Assembly (NCBI RefSeq): GCF_006345805.1
Contig: NC_043007.1
Span: forward strand, 9,114,001 to 9,178,000
Reading direction: 5' to 3'
DNA length: 64,000 nt
Source: Octopus sinensis
Lineage: Eukaryota
Within the stretch, counting starts at the first letter, position 1, and each line of letters starts with the position of its first letter. The notes below the pieces were generated by a model. That model had not been told where the DNA came from and did not search any database. It saw nothing but the letters and a program-made list of their open reading frames with translations. A program made the translations under genes and the position numbers. This document shows positions 54,647 through 64,000 of this stretch, piece after piece.

Positions 54647-55108
54647 TATGTGTGTGTGTGCGTCTGTGTCTGTATATGTGTGTGTGTGCGTCTGTGTCTG
54701 TATATGTGTGTGTGTGCGTCTGTGTCTGTATATGTGTGTGTGTGCGTCTGTGTCTGTATATGTGTGTGTGTGCGTCTGTGTCTGTATATGTGTGTGTGTG
54801 CGTCTGTGTCTGTATATGTGTGTGTGTGCGTCTGTGTCTGTATATGTGTGTGTGTGCGTCTGTGTCTGTATGTGTGTGTGTGCGTCTGTGTCTGTATGTG
54901 TGTGTGTGCGTCTGTGTCTGTATATGTGTGTGTTGTGCGTCTGTGTCTGTATATGTGGTGTGTGTGCGTCTGTGTGTCTGTATATGTGTGGTGTGTGCGT
55001 CTGTGTCTGTATATGTGTGTGTGTGCGTCTGTGTCTGTATATGTGTGTGTGTGCGTCTGTGTCTGTATATGTGTGTGTGTGCGTCTGTGTCTGTATATGT
55101 GTGTGTGT
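54647..55108. repeat. 28-bp minisatellite (gtgtgtgtgtgcgtctgtgtctgtatat), about 16 units
   Basis: cgtctgtgtc recurs at 54661, 54689 and onward. Confidence 0.95.
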
Positions 55109-55167
55109 GACTATGTATTTGTCTTTGTGTGTCTGTGATTTTACTCCAAACACTTATCAACTCTAGT

Positions 55168-55452
55168 TGGTTTGTTTACGTTCCCGTAACGTAGCTGTGC
55201 GGCAAAAGTGACCGACAGAATAAAAACCAGACTTAAAAATAGGTACTGGTGTTCAACCGTTATAGTGGTTACATTTATCACAAGCATTCATTTCGTAATC
55301 CCTATTTAATGTACTTAGGTATTTCTTAATGTAACTATATAACATTTTTTGAATAGTGACGAGGCTGGGCTATAGAGAGAAAAGAAATCGACTACAATCC
55401 TTCAAGGCAGTCCTCCAGCGTGGCTGCAGTCCGGTTATTGGAACAAGTAAAT
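55168..55452 (+). mobile_element. SINE tail interrupted by a ~115-bp insert resembling 52659-52775
   Basis: SINE tail sequence on both sides of 55255-55385. Confidence 0.7.
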
Positions 55453-55688
55453 GTTGGAGATTTAAAGAAAATTTCATTCCGGGTGAATATTACCCAAATT
55501 TTGAGCCAAGGTATAAGTTACCGATATATTTTTGATGTATTGATTCTCATTCGCATACAGGAGTACAGTGGAGCCGTTTTGAAATATCAATACAGAGTGT
55601 TAAAGATAGATGTAATTCTCCGGGAACTTACCGAAACGTATGTTAGTAGGTATAGCTGTAGATGTCTATCGATTCATATAATTTATCG

Positions 55689-55780
<92 letters not shown>

Positions 55781-55854
55781 CAACTCTATCTTTCTGTCTC
55801 TGTCTGAGTCTCTCTCTCTCTCTCTCTGTATATATATATATTTATATATACTTT

Positions 55855-56440
55855 AATTCTTTTACGTGCTTCAGTCATTTGACTGCGGCCATGCTGGAGC
55901 ACCGCATTTAGTCAAAAAGATCAAACTTAGGAGTTATACCTTGTAAGCTTATTACTTAATCTATCGGGTCTTTTCGTCTAGCCGCTAAGTTACGGGGACG
56001 TAAACAGAGCAACATCGGTTGACAAGCGATGGAGGGCATGCAAACACAGACAGAACCTTCCCCCATATATATATATACAGGACAGACTTCTTTCAGTTTC
56101 TGTCTTCCAAATCCACTGACATAGCTTTGGTCGGCACGAGGCTATAGTAGAAGATACTTGCCCAAGGGGCCCACGGTGCGATGCAGTGGGACTGAACCCG
56201 GGATCATGTGTTTGGGAAGCCGTCTTCTTACCACATGGGCTTATATATCTTTTTTATTCTTTTATTTTTTTACTTGTTTCAGTCATTTGGAGCCATAATG
56301 GAGCATTGCCTTTAACCGAAAAACCGATCCCAAGTCGTTTTCTTTGTAAGCGTAGTACTTTTGCTAAACCGCTAAGTTACGGGGACGTAAACACACCAAC
56401 ATCGGTTGTCAAGTAATGACGGCGGGGGACAAACGTAAAA
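55855..56440 (-). mobile_element. CORE-like SINE (55855-56238) plus a second tail fragment (56262-56440)
   Basis: Family reverse complement. Confidence 0.82.
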
Positions 56441-56468
56441 AACAAATACACACATAAATATATACATA

Positions 56469-57371
56469 CATTAATCGCTCACCATATCGCGGTTCACCTA
56501 TCGCGCCCTCATTACATCGCGGAATTTTCTGGCTAATATATTTAAATATACATCGTAGTTTTCTGCGGTCGATAGATATTTGTATTTATATTTATATTTT
56601 TTCCCATTGTAATTATTTGTGTGGTAAAATATGCATTTTCACACGATTGCAACGAGTCTCCAAAATACTAAGAAATCCATAAAGGAGATGAAGAATGAAA
56701 CTTTGAAGGAAGAAATCGTGACCAAAAGCGGTCCATGAGTATAAAGGTTCCTTCCTGTCGAAATCCACCAGTCTGCAGTAGATAAGACGGTGAAGCTGGC
56801 AAAATTGCTAGGAGGAGATAGCTTCATCGATATGACTACCGATGACGCTAATAATCTGATCGAGGCCCACTCAGATCCGTTAACGGAGGAAAGCCTGACA
56901 GAGATGACGAAGTCAGCAAGTGAGGAAGAAGAAGTAGAAGAACAAGAAGATCTTCGGGGAAGAAGAGAAAGATGGCCTATCATTAGAACGTCTCTCAATT
57001 TTAGTAAAAACAGCAAAAGAACTTCAGAGAATGGCAGAAGATTGGGACCCTCAGACGATTCATGCGTTGCCGTTCAAAAATGCAATCGACGGAGCCATGG
57101 AGGTTTATAAAAACCTCCTTACACAGACGAAAAGGAAGCGCTAGAAACTGCTCATCACGATGTCCTCATCCACAAAATAAGAGAAGCCACGAGTACCCCA
57201 CAGATTGCAGGGGGTTTTGAAAAACCTTAAATGTATAAAAGTAATAAAATAAATATATACATAAAAATAATTTTTAAAAATATACAGTACAGTACTGTTT
57301 CTACTTCGCGAATTTTCACCTATTGTGGAGTATTTTGGAACGTAAGACCAGCGATAGACGAGTGATTACTG
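56469..57371 (+). mobile_element. Tigger/pogo-like DNA transposon, internally deleted
   Basis: VKLAKLLGGDSFIDMTTDDANNLIEAHSDPLTEESL, a TIGD-like C-terminus; degenerate TIRs cattaatcgctc / gagtgattactg with TA flanks. Confidence 0.8.
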
Positions 57372-57762
57372 TATATATATATTTTGACAAAAGGCGACGT
57401 TCCAGCATGTATATACTATATTTATATATATAGCAATTGCAGCGTAGAAGGTACTTATAAGAAATTTAAAAACACAAAAACCGTCAGATTAATTTCAATA
57501 TTTAAATTAAAGGTCAAAATATTTTCGTCGCTTTGTGGCCGCGACCACTTCACTGACAAAATTCGTGCTGCATCTGAGAAATTAACAGTTAGTTCATATG
57601 TATGTATGCATGTATGTATGTATGTATGTATGTATGTATGTATGTATGAATGTATGTATGTATGTATGTATGTATGTATGTATGTATGTATGCATGTATG
57701 TATGTATGTATGTATGTATGTATGTATGTATGTATGTCTATATGTATGTATGTATGTATGTC

Positions 57763-57794
<32 letters not shown>

Positions 57795-57854
57795 TGTATG
57801 TATGTATGCATGTATGTATATACACAAACACAAACACACACACATATATATATA

Positions 57855-58003
57855 GAGACGGTTTACTGTCAACCAGATCCACTCATAACCTTTAGTCGAC
57901 CCGAGACTATAATAGAAAGCACTTGCCCAAGGTTCCATGTAGTGGAACTGAACCCGGGACCATGTTATTGGAAAGCAAGCCTGTTACCACACAACCACTT
58001 CTG
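57855..58003 (-). mobile_element. CORE-like SINE 5' part
   Basis: gaaagcacttgcccaagg...ccacacaaccact. Confidence 0.75.
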
Positions 58004-58019
58004 CACCTTTTTTTAATAA

Positions 58020-58310
58020 ATTTTTGAACGTAGGATGATGTGGCGCACGGCAGCGACGACGGCAACGAGAACACGTGGAGAAACCGAGCGTGCGAAAAGA
58101 CGAACGAACGGATCCTGCAGCTGCAGGCGGGCACCGATGAGTGAACGAAAGAGAGCGTGGGTACAGCCGGCGCGTGAGGCGGAGTGCGACGATGACAGCA
58201 AGGGTACCGCAGACATGGCGGCGGCGGCACATCGGAGACTCACCGGCCGTATAGGGTCAAGAGGCACGTATCCGCATTGGCGATCTCTAAGCAGAAAAGA
58301 GCTATGAGAA
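58020..58310. other. GC/CpG-rich island, possibly an LTR fragment
   Basis: Abrupt GC rise with many CG dinucleotides in an AT-rich background; no second copy in the window. Confidence 0.4.
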
Positions 58311-58440
58311 CATCTTTCCATACAAATACTTCGTCCGATCAGCAACACCTATATATATCTGATATATATCTTTGTGCGTGTATGTATTGGCTTATGTATA
58401 CACAGGCATGCGTATCTCTCTTTCTCTCTCTCTCTGTCTG

Positions 58441-58484
<44 letters not shown>

Positions 58485-58789
58485 CCCCTCTCTCTCTCCC
58501 TCTCTCTCTCCCTATATATATATATACATACATACTTACATACATACATACTTACATACATACATACATACATACATACAAGCGAGCATCCACAGCCATA
58601 CGCACACACACACACACAGGAGCTCACGCACGCATACAAACGCTCACACTCGCGCGCGCACACACACATACACACATAAGTATTTGATTGCATATCGGAG
58701 AATAAATCTCGCGGGATTAATCCCATTGTGTTATAGATAATACATTACATGGCTTCTTTAGTTGCGCAAACACAAAGTCAATAATTATT

Positions 58790-59143
58790 TTATATCATAA
58801 TCATCATCATCATCATCATCACCATCATGAACACCATCATCATCGTCGTCATCGTTGTCGTCTTCGTCATCATGATCATAATCGTGATCATCATGATCAT
58901 CATGATCATGATCATCATCATGATCATCATGATCATCATCATCATCATCATTATCATCATCACCACTTCCATCATTCCCAACGTTAATCACAATAATTAA
59001 TATCGTAGATCTCATCGTCGTTGTGTTCGTTATGCTGCCACCGCTGTTGATAATGCTTATTGTCATGGTGATTGTAATAATGATGATGAAAATGATGAAG
59101 ATGATGATAATGATGATGATGATGACAATGACGATGATGATGG

Positions 59144-59194
<51 letters not shown>

Positions 59195-59202
59195 CGATGA
59201 TA

Positions 59203-59240
<38 letters not shown>

Positions 59241-59371
59241 AATGGTGATGATGATGATGATGACGATGATGGTCAAAGTGATGGCGATGTTGATGAAGGT
59301 GATGATAATGATGATGATGATGATGATGAAGATAATGATGGCGATGATGATAATTAAAATCATCGTCGTCG

Positions 59372-59405
<34 letters not shown>

Positions 59406-59500
59406 TATCATCATCATCATCATCATCATCATCCTCATCATCTTCATCGCCATCATCATAATCAACATCATCATCAACTACATGATGTCTCCATTAATTT
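58790..59500. repeat. (ATC)n/(GAT)n tracts
   Basis: Direct reading. Confidence 0.95.
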
Positions 59501-60877
59501 ATAACGATTTTTATTTTCTGAAATTTAATATTACTTGCAGACAGGCGCAGCACCAACGCACCGCATAAACACACAAACACAAACACACACACACACATAC
59601 ACATACACACACGCACAAACACACACACCTACATATCCACATACACCTACAGACATGCATACATTCGCTCACGAACGCAAAAACAATATGCATGTCTGTG
59701 TATGCGTTCGTATGTCCGCTTGTTTGTGTTTGTACATGTATGCGTGTGCGTTCGTGTTTGTGCGGTTGTATACACACACGAATATAGCACATGAACGCAA
59801 ACACCCTAGAATATGCACACATACACACATTCCCCCATCAACCTGCCTGCCTTTTACTCTCCGATGCAAAAGCTTTTATTCAATCTTTCGCTCATTATCT
59901 TCTTCTAGTTTCCGTATTTCTCTTACATTTCATCAGTTTGACTGTCTGATCTCTCTCACTCTCACTCTCTCTCTCTCTCCTCCTCTCAACCTCTCGCTCC
60001 TCATCCTCTCTCGCTCTCTTTCTCCTATTTCTCTTGTTCTCAGACACATGCACACACATACAAAAATCATATATAAACACGTACAAATTATGCATTCACA
60101 CATACATACACTCACGCACTCGCATGCACAAAACAAAAACCTCCTTGTACAAACACGCACATACACACACACTGACTATTTTTATTAAACTATCGAAAGT
60201 CATTTATCTCCTTTTAATTAGCAAAGATCTGATGTCTCTAAAGTGACGTTGCAATTTCCCGCTGTCCCATGAATAATGTAACACCGCTCTGGTGTATTCC
60301 TTCCTTACAGCAAACTACAGGTTCGACATTTATTCAGAGGGATACACAATATAATTAATATCAGCTCATTAGGATCACATTCCTTTCAATCATTCCCTTG
60401 TTCAAGCACTCTACCCTTTCGTCTCCCTTACCATCCCCTTTCTCTTTTTACTCTCTCCCTCTTTCTGTCTCTCTTCCACCCTCTCTCACACACACATACA
60501 CACTCTATTTACTTTCACTTTCACTATATATATTTCAGTGTCTGTTTCGCTTTCTCTCATTAATTTATTCTCACACAATTTTACTTTATTAAATATGCTT
60601 TCTCTATTTAACACACTGTCTCCTTAACAAGATATCTCTCTGTAGCTAACCAACCAAGCAACCACCCCTCCAGCCCATCTTCTCTCACTCCCTCTCTCCT
60701 GTTATCCATCCATTCATTCATCCATTCATCCACCCGAAGAAACATATTCAGTAATCGAACCATGTGTATTCTTATTTGTATGTCGATTTTTAATCTCTTT
60801 TTCAATGTCAGCCTGTTTGCTCATCTACTTATCTGCATGTCTACCCGCCTGTCTGTGTGTGTGTGTATATGTATGTA

Positions 60878-61010
<133 letters not shown>

Positions 61011-61180
61011 TAAATATTAGGGAATAAATCCAAATTTACAGGGAAAAAATCAGATTTAGGATTAAATCCAATTTTATAGTAAAATATAAAATATTATTAG
61101 AGACAAAACCACTATTTTGCAAAACAAACAAGGAAAGACTTAATCAATACATAAAATTTTAATAAATAGTCAAAAAACCG

Positions 61181-61223
61181 CCACTACAATTGTTTCTTGT
61201 CTTGATCGACAATCTTCAGGTGG
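61181..61223 (-). ncRNA. Minimal type I hammerhead ribozyme
   Basis: Exact reverse complement of 61362-61404. Confidence 0.88.
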
Positions 61224-61361
61224 ACTTCCAATAAGTCAGTTTCAAATGGTTGTATACTGTCAATCTAACAAGAACGTGACAGTAGGAGGTACACCACCGC
61301 TGTATAGCCCTAGGAAGCATCGAACGCCTCCTGATAGCTTTGAAACTGACTTATTGGAAGT

Positions 61362-61404
61362 CCACCTGAAGATTGTCGATCAAGACAAGAAACAATTGTA
61401 GTGG
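61362..61404 (+). ncRNA. Minimal type I hammerhead ribozyme
   Basis: CCAC CUGAAGA UUGUC-GAUCAA-GACAA GAAA CAAUUG UA GUGG; 4-bp stem I, 5-bp stem II, palindromic stem III ACAAUUGU, GUA site. Confidence 0.9.
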
Positions 61405-61490
61405 CGGTTTTTTGACTATTTATTAAAATTTTATGTATTGATTAAGTCTTTCCTTGTTTGTTTTGCAAAATAGTGGTTTTGTCTCTAATA

Positions 61491-61537
<47 letters not shown>

Positions 61538-61899
61538 GTTGTATACTGTCAATCTAACAAGAACGTGACAGTAGGAGGTACACCACCGCTGTATAGCCCT
61601 AGGAAGCATCGAACGCCTCCTGATAGCTTTGACACATTTTTCCCTGTGTCCTTATATACATATACGAAGGGGAGAAAAACACCCTCGGCCGCCGGAACTG
61701 CATCTAGGGACACCGTGTTTCAGGATCGTTGTCCTTCATCGGCCTAGAGTAGCAGACACCGGTCAGCTGGTGATATTTACGAGAGATTTAGAAATTCAAT
61801 ATTTCTTATATATATATATATTATATATATATATATATTCTTTTATTCTAGTATTTGCTTTTGTCATTGGACTTCGGCTATGCTGGAGCACAACCTTAA

Positions 61900-62118
61900 G
61901 GGCTAAACAGAGAGAGGACAAACAAGGACAGACAAACGGTTTAAGTCGATTATATCGATCCCAGTGCTTGACTGGTACTTATTTAATAGACCCCGAAAGG
62001 ATGAAAGGCAAAGTTGACCTCGGCGGAATTTGAACTCAGAGCGTACAGGTAGACCGGTAGACGAAATACCGCTAAGCATTTCGTCTGGCGTGCTAACGTT
62101 TCTGCCAGCTCGCCGCCT
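61900..62118 (-). mobile_element. SINE, family A, little diverged
   Basis: Ends in ctgccagctcgccgcctt. Confidence 0.88.
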
Positions 62119-62127
62119 TACATAATG

Positions 62128-62188
<61 letters not shown>

Positions 62189-62195
62189 TAATAAC

Positions 62196-62267
<72 letters not shown>

Positions 62268-62268
<1 letters not shown>

Positions 62269-62827
62269 GGCAATGGCTCGAGTGGCACCAGGCAGAGGCT
62301 CTCATGGCTTCTGATCATAACTGATTGGAAGTGTTATCATGTACATTGTTTTTTCTTGGTATAAAAGATGGGCTACAGCAAATATTCTGTTCAATACCAC
62401 AGATTTGCGCGTCAGTTGTTTGACCGTAACAAGTTGAGCATGTCCCTTAGTAGCTGACAGCATGAGCATCTCTGATCACGAGGAGAAGTAGTGGGGGAGC
62501 ATCATAGCCAGGTGTTGAGAGGGATTCTTTGGGGTTTGAATAATTCACCTCTGGAAACATGGGTGTTTCGTTCAACATCCTAAAGCAACCCTTATTCAGG
62601 GACCTTTTGAGTGGGATGTGTTACTCGAACGGAAGAAACTTCTAACTGGGCAACACTTGCAAGGTCATATGCTGTTTATTTTGATTTGAGATCACCCTTT
62701 CACGCACACATGGTTGTGGTGCATGAGCCTAGTGTACCCTTATCAGACGGGTAGTCATTATGGGCATACTGGGCTTCGTATATTTTACCTAGTGTCATTT
62801 TGGTGCCATGCACTGCTCTCTTACTCA
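62268..62827. mobile_element. ~560-bp repeat homologous to 49241-49998 (inverted), flanked by (AAT)n
   Basis: Colinear reverse-complement match over the whole length. Confidence 0.85.
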
Positions 62828-62851
62828 ATAATAGTAGTAGTAATAATAATC

Positions 62852-62893
<42 letters not shown>

Positions 62894-62908
62894 GTAATAA
62901 AAATAATA

Positions 62909-62949
<41 letters not shown>

Positions 62950-63158
62950 AAACAGCGCAAAGCATATAGAAATATAATACCGATTACTGGTTTCGTTAAA
63001 CACTCGAATCACAGAATTCTGCCTCTTTAGCTCTTGTAAAATATGGCCACTAATTTCGAGAAACTGCCTGTGTTTATAACCTCAAGTAAACTGAGGTAAA
63101 TTTCATAATGTGTAAAAACTGTTATTTTCTTATATATATATATATATATATATATTCA

Positions 63159-63366
63159 TAATTAATCAATATAGGGTGGCAAAAAAATTTTGTAGAATTC
63201 TTTTTGCCACCAGCGGCCTAGATGAAACGGTGCATCGTACAAGAAATTACAGGGTAAATGTTTTTTAAATTTTCTCCTGTTTACGGAATTAATCTTTATT
63301 TGCGGTTGAAGCTTTGGCTGTTATTTCTAGTGGGTGAATGGCCTATCATGGCCGTTCCTTGATTGT

Positions 63367-63370
<4 letters not shown>
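63159..63370. mobile_element. Unclassified repeat, inverted module Y then X, between (TA)n tracts
   Basis: Shares both modules with 36263-36480. Confidence 0.75.
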
Positions 63371-63403
<33 letters not shown>

Positions 63404-64000
63404 CAATTCGTTATCACCTATGTGTTCTCTCCTTGACTCTCACCTGGTTTGTGCGAGCACTAACTGAACGCACTTGGGCCTTGTAACTAGATTTTAGATT
63501 ATACACGACCTTCACAGAAAGGATCTAGATGTAGAAGCTCCGTTGACTTCTGTTTCTGTTGACTGAAAAGTATATCGCTAAAAAAGGTATGCAAACATTA
63601 GAAAGGTTTGTAACCCCTTGCAAATGGCGGCCTTAATTACGAACATAACGTAAAATTAAGAGGAGTTCTTAAGATCATTCCTACACTGAGCATTACAAAT
63701 AGATGCTGCGCTGTATACCAGGGAAAAATTTGGATTGTCTTCTCCCGAATCTTAGATATTGCTGCGGATAATGATGTATTGGGCAGAGAGCCTTGCCTCA
63801 TTTCCTCTCAGTAAGCCTCATTGTAGTCTTTACTATCACATAATAGTCAACATCATTTGTGACTACACACACGGCTAAGGTATTGTGGAATTCAGATACA
63901 TTTCGATTAGCGCACTAACAAATCTGTCGGCTCGTCGCCTTCCTACAAGAATAATAATAATATTCCTTTCCATTATAGGCACAAGACCTGAAATTTTTTT

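Larger units (their letters stand above)
61011..61807. mobile_element. HHR-bearing foldback element (arms 61084-61246 and 61339-61501) plus a downstream copy of the spacer, inside (TA)n
   Basis: 163-bp arms appear to be perfect reverse complements; 61245-61343 is repeated at 61534-61632. Confidence 0.9.

Overview
AT-rich eukaryotic non-coding DNA, heavily loaded with microsatellites. The SINE repertoire looks like Octopus (tRNA-headed and CORE-like families); that assignment is from recognition, not a search. I found no intact host gene, and the long ORFs in the ORF track are translated microsatellites. The window holds many SINE copies and decayed retroelements (CR1-like, RTE, R4/Dong-like, Penelope-like). 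It also holds decayed DNA transposons (mariner, maT-like, Tigger-like), one non-autonomous Helitron, and a 100-N gap at 47351-47450. The main signal is a set of minimal type I hammerhead ribozyme (HHR) motifs in at least three unrelated non-coding repeat families, all next to (TA)n tracts. These are (1) a ~560-bp tandem array with an inverted terminal unit at 28175-30475, holding four HHR motifs; (2) a 163-bp-arm foldback at 61084-61501 with two HHRs; (3) a single HHR at 10354-10396; and (4) decayed motifs at 18066 and 25792. Each family has its own palindromic stem III (ACGUACGU, ACAAUUGU, ACUCGAGU; ACGU in the decayed motifs). This fits retrozyme-like or Penelope-pLTR-like RNAs that cleave as dimers. 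Cleavage activity and circular RNA production are inferred, not shown.
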